In this document: piece after piece, positions 26,134 to 39,331 of the stretch
How the letters are laid out: each line of letters opens with the position of its first letter
How positions within the stretch are numbered: the first letter of the stretch is position 1
Assembly: GCA_963920595.1 (NCBI GenBank)
Contig: OY986947.1
Coordinates: 1,922,001-1,986,000, forward strand
From: Eimeria praecox
Taxonomy: Eukaryota
Reading direction: 5' to 3'
Length of the DNA: 64,000 nucleotides
The notes under the pieces: generated by a model
Databases searched by the model: none
The model's input: only the letters and a program-made list of their open reading frames with translations
Told to the model about the DNA's origin: nothing
Program-made: the position numbers and the translations under genes

Positions 26134-27447
26134 TTGTTGTTGCTGCTGTTGCTGCTGCTCTCCCTCCACCCTGGGTCGTGACATTCGTGCCCTGCCTCTC
26201 AGGAGAAGGCCCCTTAGCTTGCTAGTGGTCGGCTGCTGCTGCGGCTGCTCCGTAGATGTTAGGCCCAGTAAGCTGCGGGCTGCTGCTGCTGCTGCCGTTG
26301 TCATGCTGCTGTTGCGTCGCGGCAGTGGCGCCCTGGAGCTTCCCCGGTGTTGTTGTTGCTGCTGCTGTTGCTGCTGCTGTTGTGGCTGTTCTGAAGCTGC
26401 TGGAGGCATTGGAGTGTCTCGACAGCTCTTGCAGGCACACGTCAGCAGCCGAGGTAGTAGTGGAGTGGGGTGGTCCTGCTGCTGCAGCAGCAAGGCAATA
26501 CATGCAGCAGCAAACTGCTGCAGCTCGCGCTGCACTAGCAGCAAGGACCTCTGCCATTGAATGCATTGCAACAGATGTTGCTGCCGCAGGTCAGATGCTC
26601 GCTGCTCTTTTGAGACAGCATCCTGCTGGCGCTGTGTCTTGCTGTTCTTGCTGCTGCTGCTGCTGCTGCTGCTGCCAAAGAATGAAGGCGTGAAGGAGGT
26701 GAGGGGGAGGGCGTCTATGAGGTGTATCGAGAATGCCACCACCAGCTGCTGCTGCCCTGGCTCAGTCGTGCTGCTGCTGCTGCTGCTGCTGCTGCCTTGC
26801 TGCACCTGCACCTGAAACGTTGCTGCTTCTCCCACGCGGCAGCATTGAATGGCTCGAAGGAGCAACGCCTCTCCTGCTGCAGTCAGCGCTTCCACATCTT
26901 CTTCCGTCTCATCTGGCTGTTGCTGCTGTTGCTGCTGCTGTTGCTGCTGCTGTTGCTGCTGCTGTTGCTGCTGTTGCTGCTCTAGAAGGTAGAGATATGC
27001 AGGGTGTACGTGCAGCAACAGCCGCTGGGAATGCTGAGGTTTGCTGCGAGCGGCGGCTGAGGGAGGAAGCAAGAAGGAAGGAGTATGGAGCTGCACATCA
27101 GCAATGCAGCAGCAGTGAGCAGGTGGGTATCTGTTGCTGCTGCTGCTGCTGCTGCTCCTACTATTACTACTACTACTACTGTTGCTGGTGCTGGTGCTGC
27201 TGCTGCTGCTGCTGCTCTGGAAGAAAAGATGCGTCTTAGTGCCGCAGTTTAGAAAGGGCACACAGCCGGAGCCCTTTAACGATGCATGCAGCAGCAGAGA
27301 GTCTTCTCCAGCATCTGTATATTCTTTGGCAGCCTCAACAGCAGATGCAGCAGCAGCAGCAGCAGATGCAGCAGCAGCAGCAGCATTAGCTTTCATCCTT
27401 TCAACTTTCTGAATGCTAACGACGCCCAGAAGCCCGCACTGCTGCTC

Positions 27448-27486
<39 letters not shown>

Positions 27487-28120
27487 CGCCTCATGCTTCC
27501 AGTCGCTGAAAGCACCCTCCCTGAGGGGAGGCAGCCCCGTCTGTACAACTCTCAACACAGGTCCTTTTGCTGCAGCAACAGGGGGCGGGGGGGAGGACGC
27601 CGCAGGACCACTGTCAGCAGCAGCAGCTGCAGCAGCAGCAGCAGCAGCAGCAGCAACGGCCTGCTTCAGCAAGGGCTCTCTTTGGAGGCTTTCTTCCCGA
27701 GCTGCAATAAGAAGCTGCTGTCTGTCTTCCTCAGACAGCTGCGGGCTTACTCGATAAGCCCCACCAACAGCAGCAGCAGCAGCTGCTGCTGCTGCTGCAG
27801 CCGCAGCACCAGCCAAACAAATGCTGGTGCTGTCATGGCGGTCCTCCCTACACACGCTACCTTCTTCGGATATCTCCGGCCCACACAAACCACAGAAACA
27901 AGATTGAATCGGCTTTCGCCCAGGTGCTGTTGCTGCTGCTGCTGCTTTTCCTGCTGCTGCTGCTGCTCCTCCTCCTGCTGCTGCTGCTGCTGCTGGCGCC
28001 CCTGAAGCAGCCAAGGCCGCAGTAAGACGAGACGCTAAGCTCACATATGGGCAGTCTGCCGCAGGGCGTTTCTGCATCTGCTGCTGTTCGTCTTGCTCCG
28101 CATGCTGTTGCTTTTGCTGC

Positions 28121-28152
<32 letters not shown>

Positions 28153-29001
28153 TAGTGTATCGAACAGCGCCTGCAGCGACTCTCCAAACAGCTTCTGCAG
28201 TCTTATCCATTCAATCTGCCACGAACGAAGGACCATGTCCCCAGCAATTGCTGCAGCAGCACCTTCGTCATATCCATATTGCTGCTGCAGCGGTTGGTTT
28301 TGCTGCTGCTGCTGCTGTTGCTGCTGCTGTTGCTGCTGCTGCAGCAAGCCAAAGATAGCAGAATAGAAGCGCTTCCTCCACAAACAGGCAGCTACCCAGG
28401 GAGTTGGAGGGGCAGAAACCCGTAGGAAAGGAAGGCCTGAGGAGCCTTCCTCCGTATAAACATCAGGGGTCTTGCTGCAGCAGCTGCTGCTGCAGCACCG
28501 CAGCACGGGGAGATTATGCTCACGGTCGCAGCTTTGAGAGGTCCCCACTACAGAAGCAATTGAAGAAGCCTCGGCTGCTGCTGCTTCATAAACTCTCTCT
28601 CGAAGGAGTCGCAGCTGAGATGCAAGCTTGCTATCTATACACACCAGCTGTACCTGCAACGCCCCCTCACCCTCAGCAGGTGCTGCAATGAGTCTCCTTG
28701 ATGCCTTTCTTACCCACACCTTAAGAGGAGGACTCAATCTATCTTCAATCTGCAGCATCAAGGGGATACGCCCATCTAGAGCATCTGCTATTTCTGCCTC
28801 AGACAAGTGGGAGGGCCCAAGCTGCTGCAGGTGTTGCCGCAGCAGATGCTGCAGCTGCTGCTGCAGCAGTTGAACCTCCGTGCTGCTGTTGCTGCTGCTG
28901 CAGGCTTCTCGTAGATTCTGCCCCTTGTGAGCGAAATGCCCTCGTGCCTCCAAGAGCCGGCCTCGCGAGGAGGGCTGCAGCGTGGTGGGAGTAGCCCCCA
29001 T
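22609..29001 (-). CDS. Large hypothetical protein (2130 aa) rich in homopolymeric Q/A/S tracts
   Basis: A 6.4-kb stop-free frame in which repeats read as Q/A/S, as in the neighbouring real genes. No confident domain; small introns and an alternative start cannot be excluded. Confidence 0.75.
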
Positions 29002-29814
29002 TGTCTAGCATCAGCTGCAGCAGCAGTTTTCATAAATGAGTTTAGCTGCTGAATATGCTGATGATGCTGTTGTTGCTGTTGTTGTTGCTTTCGTTTAATG
29101 TCTTGAGAGGGCCCCCTCCAGCAGCTGTTGCCCGCCGCAGTCGGGCCCAGCTAGGGGCCCCCAGTATTCCAGCCTGTGTAGGTGGAGAGAGGATTATACC
29201 GGACACTAAAGAAAGGTACCAGCTTTACAAGATCAAGACAAATGGGATTTGAGTGGCAATCAGCCAAAAGAGAAGCACAGGGACCCCGTGCCCCGAGCGG
29301 TTCGGTCGCGGTACAGAAACGGCTTGCACGCGAGAGAGGCCGCTGCGGAAGCATTTGTCTGCAGCTTTACCGCCTTAGAAAGGTCCCTTACAGCAACATA
29401 AACCATTAAAATGTAGGAGTCTAGTTACAAATACCCGAAATTTGTCGAGAAAGACCAGGGCCAGGGGGGGGCTGCCGACGCCTGCCAGCCCTGCAGCTCA
29501 TCAGCGCATCCAGCGATCACTCGCGGTTCATAGTTTGAGTCATTTCTCGTAAATTTCACCTACCTGAGCATTAGAATTAGTTATATATAATATGAATTTC
29601 AAAGTATTGCAGTTCAAAAGGTGCCCTCAAGACCAACAGCCCCCCCCCTACCTACAACAGGCATCCCTGGTAAGGACGGCAAATGGGTTTCATCTGCTGG
29701 AGAGTCATGAAAAAGTACATTCTAATAAGGTGCAAAAAACAACAGGAATCGTGCAAATATATATGATATTCCCCTCATCCAATTATCTCAGGACAAAAGA
29801 GGCCGCAGCCCATC

Positions 29815-29886
29815 AGCACCGTAGCTCAGTGGGAGAGTGGGGGGCTCATAACCCCCAGGTCCATGGATCGAAACCATGCGGTGCTA
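29815..29886 (+). tRNA. Initiator tRNA-Met (CAT)
   Basis: AGCACCG...CGGTGCT-A acceptor stem with A1:U72; anticodon arm GGGGG-CTCATAA-CCCCC; T-loop ATCGAAA (A54/A60). These are eukaryotic initiator hallmarks; 72 nt. Confidence 0.97.
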
Positions 29887-29891
29887 GCTCA

Positions 29892-29901
29892 TTTGTTTTT
29901 T
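29892..29901 (+). terminator. Pol III oligo-T terminator of tRNA-iMet
   Basis: TTTGTTTTTT a few nt after the tRNA 3' end. Confidence 0.8.
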
Positions 29902-32752
29902 CGTCATTTCGTTGTTGGCTTGGAAATTTTCTATATTTTCAGCCATAATCACCGGTGTGTTGAAATTCGGTCTCGTTTTGTTACTGTCAAGGGAGGCATA
30001 TTTAAGTGGTGGACATATATGTAAGCTAGGGGGGGTACCCATTATGCGATAGTGCTGTGAGACAGGCAGCCATTTACAACATGCAGTTAAGCAGGTACAG
30101 ATTAAGAGTCTCCTGTGGTCCTATCAGCGTACCGCAATCACAAATACTGCTCCAGTGACTAAGGACGCAGGTGGCACCCCGTCGCCTCAGTTTAAGGCAT
30201 CAGATCCACTTGGCAGCCTCTAGCAAGTAATGCAAGCAACTCCTGGCCATTAATACAAACTTGAATAAGTATTCAGGTAACTTGACGAGGATTTGCGGGT
30301 GCCGCTGCCATCTCTTTTGTACACGTCACTGCTCCAAGGGCGTTTCCTTTATCGCCCGGTATGTTTTCGCGACAGCACTGCTCTAAATCTCGCTTCTTCT
30401 TTTCCTGTGCTCATTCCGTGAGCCTCGAACTTCGAATGCTGTGGCCTTCTTCAATGCAAAAGAAGCAGGTGCACCACTCAGGGAGTGCTACAGGCTGTCA
30501 GTTGTCGCTTCTTGTCTTTATGTGGGCCGGCTAGCATTCACAGCTTCAACACCTATAGGATTTTTCTGGGGCATTTCTAAAGCCTTCGTTTTTCTTCCCA
30601 GCCAGGAAGGAGCGAGAAGGGAGCTTCCCTCTCTTTGGTGCGTTAGCACACTACCATCCCAGCGGTTTCCTTGTGACGTCCCTCTCCTCTCCCATTCTAC
30701 TAGAGCCTGTTCGCTTAAAGAGCTGGACGTAAAACTCCACCTCAGCGCATACAGGAAAGCTTCGATAATCCGTTCATGCTGCGTGAAGGATGCTCCTTTG
30801 CCTCCGTGTAGCCACGATTGCCGTTCCTTCCCTTCAGTAACGAAGATGGCAGCAACTACGGTAGTTTATTCGGTTCACCTTTAAGATGACAAGGACTACT
30901 TAAGAGAAGCGAAGAAGTCTCCCACTATTGCGGGGTCGGGGCTGCTGTCTTATCTGGACCACTGACAAAGCAGGTGGTATACTTTCTGGGTTTGTTTCAC
31001 GGTGCCATTTGAGCTAGCTGCAGACGCGCCTCTAGTTCCACTTCCCACAAGCGCCGAGATGTTGTTAGATTCCCCAACAGAGAACTGACCAGTCTTCATT
31101 TTCCATATAGTGAAGGCGTAGAATCTTTAATATTGCAGCGGAACTCCTCGACCTTAGCGAAAGGTCATCATGAGCTGCAATAGAGTCAAACGAAAATGAA
31201 CTCACTGCTGGCCTTCTGGGCTCCTTGGCATACAGTCCCAAAAGCCTGAAGCTGGTGGGGATACGGGGGCGGCTGCCATGGGCTGCAATGCATCTTGCCA
31301 CTGCTAATGCTGCAAGCAGTCCCACATGAGTGCATAGCCAATGCATGCGTTAGCCTTGTAGACAATAGTGTATACAGTCGTTACACGTTTGTTTGGCTTC
31401 CCATAGTTAGCCTGCGACTGAATAGAGCTACGAGTACCAATCTCCTTACCAATCTCCTTAGCATGGATATTTGAAGATTTCTACCTTTACCCATGCAGAG
31501 ATCCTTACTGAATCTTCGGCAGTAAAAACCAAGCCTCCCAGGTGTGGGGATGCGCTTCGCAGATTTTGTCTGTCCCTCTTAGCCATGCGGTGCTGCCAAG
31601 CCGAAATTAACACCTCGATCGCCGCCGAGGCCCCTCGGTTCCGCCATAAATATGACAAAGAGCACGCTACCTCCGTCACCTTCCCCATTTGCCCTGCGCA
31701 TAGCGCGTGAGAGCCTGAGGCTGGTGAGAAGACCGGTCTCCTTTTCAAGCGTTGCAGCACTACTTGGATGAGCTCTGTTCTCCAAAGTAAGGCAGTAACA
31801 AGCATTGTTGTACCCGCTCTTGTTATATTCGTTAACACTGTAGACACTTGTTTAGCATTTACTTGTTTCTCAGTAGTCACCCTACGCGCAAGGCAGATAC
31901 GGCTAACAACTGTGTGCACAGCACGCTGCAGCCAGCATCAGGAAGTGCCGTGGAGCCTCCAACAATCAATCTTGTTATGCTTTCCTTGAAGCATTATTTG
32001 CGATACCCCCTTCTCTTTGACGAGGGTGCAAGCCAGCGACAGCCTGATACTTACGTGCCTTTTCCTTGAGCAGCCTCAAGAAGTCCCAACTGCTGTTATG
32101 CACTTGGCTGGAACTTGCCTGAACCTATTCAACAGGACAAAGGATCCCTAAGTATTTAAACGGTTATTGTTTCTATACCAACTCGCTTTCCTTGCGTCAC
32201 TTACTGCAGGGGCACGGGGGCCACACTGAGTTGCAATTGACCTGACTCCGCGGCCGCATGTATAGTTGATTGTTGCCATGTATACCATGGATGGTCCATA
32301 TGTTTCTGAGTCTGGAATTAAACTGGTGTGTACATGTTTATTGCTAAACATTCTTAGGCATGCAGGGACGGCTCCCGCTTGCAGTGAACAGCTAGGTTCC
32401 TGTTGCTGGGCATTCCATAGACGCCGCATGCTCCGCGGCCATGGCCTTGTCAGACCTCAGGCAGATGTGTGGTTGGTTTTAAAAGCCTAAAATGCGGGCT
32501 TGAACGACTAAAGATGACTGAAGATAACTACAGATGAGCTTCCTTTATATTCATGTTCCTGGGCTTCACACACAGTCTGATCCAGCCCCAAACACTGCGT
32601 GTGCCTCGTTGACCGTCGGCTCTAGCCATTCCAGTCCAACTGAATAGAGTCGTTTAGCTGAATTTGCTCATGTTTTATGTTTCTACTGTAGTTCTTGACT
32701 CTTCACGGAAGATTCAAGGCCGATCACAGTGTCAGGTACTACAGCATGAGCG

Positions 32753-35524
32753 ATGGACCCGCCCGGTGAGCCCGGTGAGCAACACCGGCTAATTTTCTTC
32801 TATGAAAAGCTTTGTACTAGCAATGTATGACTATAGTTTCAAGTCCCTTCTTCTGTGTGTATGCTGACTGTGACGTAGAGAGCAGGGAAGCTGTCGAGGG
32901 AGGCCCCCCGCCCTGTAGCGCTCCGACCGCCGGAGTAGGTGCGGATGCGGCACGTCCGGCCACATCTCCCGGAAAGTCAGACGGGGCATGTAAAGGTTCA
33001 GAAGTGTCCTCATCAGATGAAGAAGGCAACTGTTTGCACGCCCAGCGCCTTGGGATCGATATTCCTCTCGATCCAAACGACGAGGAAATCCTCTTCCAGG
33101 CTGCCCGCATCTTCAAGATTGAAAATCTTAACAATTTCAAAAAGCTTAGAGTCCGTGGCGAACCGCGTATATAGGAATGGCGTAAAACGTACACATAGGG
33201 CAGCCCGACGGAGCTGGGTCGGCTGCCATGAACAGCAGTGGCTTTACAACGCTTCTTTGTCCCTTCAGTGCTGGTTGCAGCATCGGGAATTGCTTGTATT
33301 TACTGCTGCTCTAGTTTGCGCGATTCCTGTGTGTACAGAAACTCGCACTGATTGCGAATGAAGTAACCGTCATTGAAGGCCTCGAAGAACAAGGCCAGAC
33401 ACTTGAGCAGCTAGAGCTCTACCAGAACCACATAAAGCGCATAGATAACATCCAGCACCTAACGAATCTCAGGTTCGCTTACACCTTCATGCTGCCTTCC
33501 TTGCCTTCTTCAATTGCTTGCGCTGACCGCCTGCAAGGCGAACCACTCTTTTCCCAGCAGATGCCAGTGGGCGCTTTCTCCCTCTTCGATCGTGTGATTT
33601 CTTGATAATAAGAGAATGACTGCCGTGTCTGCAGGGTCTTGGACTTGTCTTTCAACAATATCAGACGCATTGAACATCTTGAAACCCTCGTTAACTTGAG
33701 GGAATTATTTCTATCTAGCAACAAAATCGCCAAGGTGCGTGCGCCCCTCATGCAACAGCAGCACAACAGCAAAGCAAACAACATTGAGAGCAACAGCGCC
33801 CGAAGCAGGAACAGAAGAGCAGCGACAATCGAGTAGTGTCTTTTGTGCTGAGTGCTTTTGGATGGGAACAGATCGAGGGCCTGTCGACGCTGAAAGAGCT
33901 GCGCACGCTTGAGTTGGGGTCAAATAGAATTCGTGTAGTCGAAGGCATAGAAAACCTGACAAATCTGAGTGAATTATGGCTGGGCAGGAACAAAATAACT
34001 CGCATGGTGGGTATAAGGCTTAGCACAACGGGCTGAGGCAGGGGCTTTTTTTTGTGGGTGCTGCGTCTCCTCAGCCTTTTTTGGGGTCATCAGTAGCATG
34101 CGAAGAATAGCCCATCGTGATACAGTTTGTAGCCGCAATGGTGCTTTCTTGTTTTCACTTCGGGGGGGGGCGGGGGTGAGGGCACTGAGGGTAGCCTCTG
34201 CTTATACCTTTTAGGGCCCCAACCGAACCGCTTCCGCGGGCGTTGTTGGGGTGCAGCACCTGGGGGCGTCAGCTTTGAAGAGGATAACCTCCAGTGACCC
34301 TGTAGCGCTGTTGCTTTCTGGTTGAATTGCTTGAGTGTTCCATTTGTTATGTTCATGCTTGCCCGTCACTTGGCGACCCCATTGACGGCCTTGCACGTTT
34401 TCTAGTGTTAGGCCTGAACCGGATAGTGGTGGTACTGCTATTGCTGCTGGCGGCTTCCTGCTCGGTTGCACACCTTCGTGCCGAGTTTGTGAACAGGGGG
34501 CTGTGTGGCGGGGGCTGTGCAGGAGTTGCCACGTCTGCCGCAGCTGACCCGCGTGAGCCTTCAGTCCAACCGCATTGAAGAGTGGAACCCTGAGCTTTTT
34601 GGGAATTGCCCCAAACTTCGCGAGTTGTATTTATCGCATAACAACCTTCCGTCGCCTCCGAAAGAGATTCGCCAATTGGTAAGGCCACCGATCTAAGCAT
34701 ATCTGTTGCTCTTGTGTATTTGGTGGCTGGCGCTGCCGCTTTTACGTCGCCGCGCCGTTGCACTTGCGTGCTTTTCCTTGCTGGATCCCCCTTGCACTGG
34801 TTGGCCTCTCATCTTCTTCTTTTCATGAGTAGGCACATGAAGAGGCATGACTTATTTTTTGTGGGAATGGGGTGAGCGGGCTGCAGGTGGAGCTGACGGT
34901 GCTTGATTTGTGCTGCAACAGAATCGACGATGTCGAAACAATCGCTTCTCTGTCGCAGCTGGAGGATTTATGGGTAAGCAGGAGGTGGCCTACATTCCTG
35001 TCTTCTTATTCGTCGTTGCGTCTATGTGTACGCCTGTTGCCATCCCGCGGGCCTCTTCTTCGAAGGCTGTCATCGTTTTGAGCATATAATGTGCTGGTGC
35101 CGGTGCTGCTGCAGCTCAATGACAACAAACTGATGACTCTCGAGAAGATACGCTGCTTGCAGCAACTTCCCGCTCTGGACACACTCTACTTGGAGCGAAA
35201 CCCTCTCCAAGCGTCTTTAGGACCTGGTTACAGACAAGCAGTGACTGATTTGCTGCCTCGTAAGTTCGTTCAGTTGCTCTAAGCGTCGCCTCTGGTGGCG
35301 CCGCCAGTAAGCGAATCGTACCATGCAATTCTTGGTCCAGAACGTACGCGGGACAGACTATTGTACTTTACCTTGCCTCCTCTGATGTTGATTAATCAGG
35401 GCTTTCTCAGCTGGACGCGCTTTCGATCCACTCGTCTGTACACATCGTACAGCATAAAGGAGAGGGTGAGGCAGTAGTAGGGGACGGTGGCTCAGCTCGG
35501 CAGGAGCTGGCGCCCACAGCATAA
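32753..35524 (+). CDS. sds22: Sds22/PPP1R7-like leucine-rich-repeat PP1 regulatory subunit (apicomplexan LRR1 type), 9 exons, ~388 aa
   Basis: Exons 32753-32765, 32879-33150, 33339-33472, 33635-33734, 33872-34006, 34523-34678, 34887-34973, 35115-35259, 35400-35524; all GT-AG, total 1167 nt. SDS22-type LRRs (LEQLELYQNHIKRIDNI; VLDLSFNNIRRIEHL; TLELGSNRIRVVEGI; ELWLGRNKITRM) and LRR-cap 'LYLERNPLQ...YRQAVTDLLPRLSQLDA'. Confidence 0.92.
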
Positions 35525-37437
35525 ATTGAATTCCCAGATTGCCCCCAGATTGCTTTTATTATGCTAGTAAGAAAGGAAGAGTAAGGCGTAGATGCATGCT
35601 AATGCGAGAACCTATGCCTGCTACTGCGATCCGCAGAGTCTCAAGTCAAGCCGATTCTGAAACGCTGAAATGCCGCCGGTGTCAAGGATCCCCTACCTAT
35701 CCTCTGTTCAACCACTACAGGATGGATGTAGTTTTGGCCTTTGAACGGTGGAAGGTACTACCAAGGTACTCGGTGAAGCACTTTGCCACCTTGGGAGCAT
35801 TTAGCAGCAGCATCTGGCAGCACCGGCATTGGGTGGCAGGAATAGGGGCATCATAGAATGAGTTCCCCACAGCCGCTTTGCCATGCATATCTACCATTGC
35901 CGGTGCATTAGTTAGCAACGAAGCGTATGACAAGGAGGAGCTCATTGCAGCAAAGTGGTGCTGCAGGACCGCATGCCTGTGGGAAAAGTGACAAGCTGGT
36001 GCAGGCAAGTGCAAAAGAGGCCAGGGAGCTCCACACTAGCTCTTGTATCAATGAAAGACAGTTTCGGCGGAAGGAATAGCCGGTTTATACAGCGGAGGAA
36101 AGAGGAAGCATCGGATATCCAGACGGTTGTGTGGCATCGCCATTCGTATAGCTTGCTTACTGTCTTGTGCCAGCGCGCGGATTGTGGACCCTTCCGCTAT
36201 TTGTTTCGTGCTTCAGTAATGCCGCCTTTCAGGATTGTCATCAACGGCTGCTGAGTACGTGGCATAGTGATGGATGATTTGCTGCTATAGTAGTGCGGGT
36301 TCCATGAGCGCAAATATATTGCGCAGTATGTTGGAGGCCCCTAAATCTGACCCAATGCAGAAGTGATGTTTCTGATAGCCTCGGCTAGCTTTTCCTAGAC
36401 AGACTACAAGCGCTCAATGTGCCGCGCGGCTTGATGATGCATGCATGTTCTCGCTAGTGGCTACGCAGTTGAATTAACAGGTGTTAAGACGCCAGAATGG
36501 GGTCTCGGTGATGCGGAGTACCCCCAGTCGTCACGATGCATGCTGCACTGCGGCAGCTAGCATGCTGCCGCAGTGCAGCAAAGTGTAGCCCGCTTGAAGT
36601 ACTGAGGAAGGCAGGGGTTCTGCAAGGATGCATACATTCGACCTCTGTATTACAACCAAGATAACAGTTAAAGTTCCTACTGGGATATGGACAAAGGGAG
36701 GCAGATTCACAGTCCGCTGCTGCACCTTAGAACAGATAGGTGAACTATGCATTAGGCCCGTCTTGGGTGGCAGAGAGCAGGCAGATGTCGTACAGATAGA
36801 TGCATAGGGGGAAATTATACAGGAGACGTAGCGGGGGTACTTAAGTATCAAGGTGATAGATTGACGGTAGCAGTTCGTTCATGATTCACTGTCGAGCCAG
36901 GAAACATTTTAACTTGGCCGGCAATGGGACGGCAATGGGAAATTCAGGTCCCTACAGTTCCTTGCGTAGGTAATGCCCTGAGCTGGTGAACAAGTTTGAA
37001 CAGAAGGTGGAGCACCTCTAACTGTTCCATCGCTTCTGAGGGCGTTGAGGAGGGCGTTGCAAAGCGCATGCAGTGAGAGCTGCGATCGTCTATGCAAGCA
37101 CAACGCATATGAAGGTGATGGCTTGTTGAGTAAAGGTATAGCAGGCACATATGCATGTGCAACATCCTGGGGGATTAATTGTATCATAGCAATTCCCCCT
37201 TTCTGTAGCAGAGCCTGTCGCCACAGGGTGAAGCCTGCACGCTTATGCTTATGATGACTGCAAAGGGTTTTCCCCCCCGTTGTGGGGTAGCTAACGGCTA
37301 AGCGCACATCGTTGCATTAGAACGGTAATGTTCTTCGCAGTCCACCCAACAGGTGGTTGTAGTGTGAAGAAAATCATGAAGGATGCTGCTCCCTGCTCCG
37401 GGGGCCCGACCATGACAGGCTCTGCGATGCGGGGGCA

Positions 37438-39331
37438 GTGAAGCTGTTCGTCGCTCCCTTTGGAGCGTATTTTGACCTTCAAAGCACACCAGGAGAGCTA
37501 GAGCTGCGACTTTTATCTGCTTTAGTAAAAGGGAGGTCACGACAACGGCAGCCCTACATAACACAACGCTGCCTTGGTTCCAGAGCACATACGGGCTACT
37601 TTCTCTGGAGGGTGAGCAGCAAAGCAGCCTTGTCCCATTGTCGGCGAGGGAAACCACTACGACAGAAGTGAGGGAACTTACACGAGAGAAACTATTAATA
37701 GAACTACAGCAAGAGGCATCACCCAACGGAGAAACTGGAGCATCTGTGTCAGTGGTTCATTGCAGGGCTACCCGTTAGAGGGCAAGCAGCAACAGGCTAG
37801 TCAACGAGAAAGCGGCTAAGGACTGAAGGACTGGAACTCGCTGAAATTGCAGAGTACCTAGGCACCAAAGGCGTAGACCACCCAACTTCTACGCTTATTG
37901 TGAAAAGCCCCCCTCAATAATAGCAATTAAGGGAGTTTTGGGGCCCCCCGAATCTCAGGCGCAGCAGAGACTCGAATTCATCCCCGCCAGCAGTTGCACA
38001 AGCCGGTAGCTCTGTAAGCTCTCTGCATCTTTGTACCCATCACATTTGCCCTTCATTACAAGCCGATCGAGGAAAAGTTTCGAATACGTTACCCCGTATG
38101 AGCTCAGGTGCAATTCCAAACCCCCTCATACGGTGGGGTGGCAAATGACTGGAAACAAGGAAGGAATTGCGGGCGAGAAGGGATCCTGCTGATGAAGAAG
38201 GGCTCCCTCATTCCTCATCGTCTTTACTCTAGAATACTTTGCAACCACAAAACCACCTACAGAATGAAAGTACTCCTTTGATCCGGGCTGGCTTTTGACT
38301 GGTTTCCCTCTTCAAGCCTTTGTGGAGCACCTCGCCGAGCCCCCCCTGCACACTTTCTTGACCTGACGAGCGACTCATTTCTCCGAACCGATAGTTAAAG
38401 CACAAATCACAAGCCTCTACAGGAAGGAGATGCGGAACCGTAGTAGCAAAGAATAACCCTCAAGCCCGATACTGTCGTAGGGCCCCCAGCGTCACGGCGT
38501 CCTGTCTACGGCAGCTCAGCGGCCTGGGGCTGGTTATGATACAAGCAGGCCTGAGGAGCATTGCAACGCACGTGTTACAACTTGCACGCACCGAAAGTGC
38601 CCATTTAGCTACATGCGCGGGTAGAGCCAATCCCGCTTTTGGATCATACGCTAACATTGAATACTGTAATGCATGCAGTCCGTAAACACCTATTTTACCA
38701 TTAGGAGGCAATCAGAACGCACGTTGAAGCGCATTTACCAACTTGGGACAAGCGATGCTTCACCACGGTGCCACACGAGCACGCCAAAACTGTCAATCTT
38801 GAAGCTGTAGCAGTGGTTGTAATAAAAGTTCACTACGGTCATTGCTGACAGGGATAACAAAGGCGTGGGGAGGTATCCGGATACAGGAATTCTGCTCTAT
38901 GATTCTCAGCTCCGCTCAGGAACAAAAGAAACGGGGGCAGACGCTGGCTGGCCGACGAACTGGCAGGAGGGGGAAACGTACAACAGGAGAAAGAAGCGAT
39001 AACCGCATTGGCAGATCAAAATGGACTCTACCACATGTTTGTGGAAGCTCAGTTTAATGGCCAGCAACTGCTAGCCCTACTTTTTCTAGGCTATGAAGTG
39101 GATCTGATGTCTGAAACGACGGTATCGAGATGCGGCAGAGCTTTCTGCTGCCCAGGGCAGTCGCTGGGGACCCGCTTCGCCGATAGTAGACAGGAGATGA
39201 TGTTTGCTGAAAACATTTACGTTAAATGCGGGCTCAATTTGAAAGCGGAGCATATTGCAAGCCTACGGGAGTTCTATGCCGGACTAGTTCACCATAGCGT
39301 ACCCGTAGGCAAGGTGGGCGTGACTCAATAA
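37438..39331 (+). mobile_element. Degenerate Ty3/gypsy-like (chromovirus-type) LTR retrotransposon relic: gag-like and aspartic-protease-like fragments
   Basis: Frame from 37438 reads through stops as '...AYFDLQ...LRQK*GNLHERNY**...EHLCQWFIAGLP', a retrotransposon gag-like pattern. 39008-39331 'HMFVEAQFNGQQLLALLFLGYEVDLMSE...RFADSRQ' matches the retropepsin pattern with DSG decayed to FLG. No LTRs or RT recognised. Confidence 0.55.

Larger units (their letters stand above)
110..29090. repeat. Repeat-rich segment dominated by (CAG/CTG)n trinucleotide tracts
   Basis: Numerous CAG/CTG runs in exons, introns and intergenic DNA up to ~29.1 kb, essentially absent afterwards; matches the R-segment/P-segment organisation known for Eimeria chromosomes. 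Confidence 0.93.

Noticed and set aside
83..29000. Many short poly-L/poly-C/poly-A ORFs on both strands
   Set aside because: CAG/CTG tracts have no stop codons in any frame; these are shadows of the four real minus-strand genes or of intronic and intergenic repeats.
30441..32490. Possible minus-strand gene fragments (ORFs 31065-31346, 31458-31919) divergent from the Sds22-like gene
   Set aside because: No recognisable domain, and I could not build a consistent spliced model. It may be a real hypothetical gene but needs RNA-seq.
35539..37400. Short ORFs between the Sds22-like gene and the retroelement relic
   Set aside because: No motif or splice consistency; they could be further decayed element sequence but I cannot support that.
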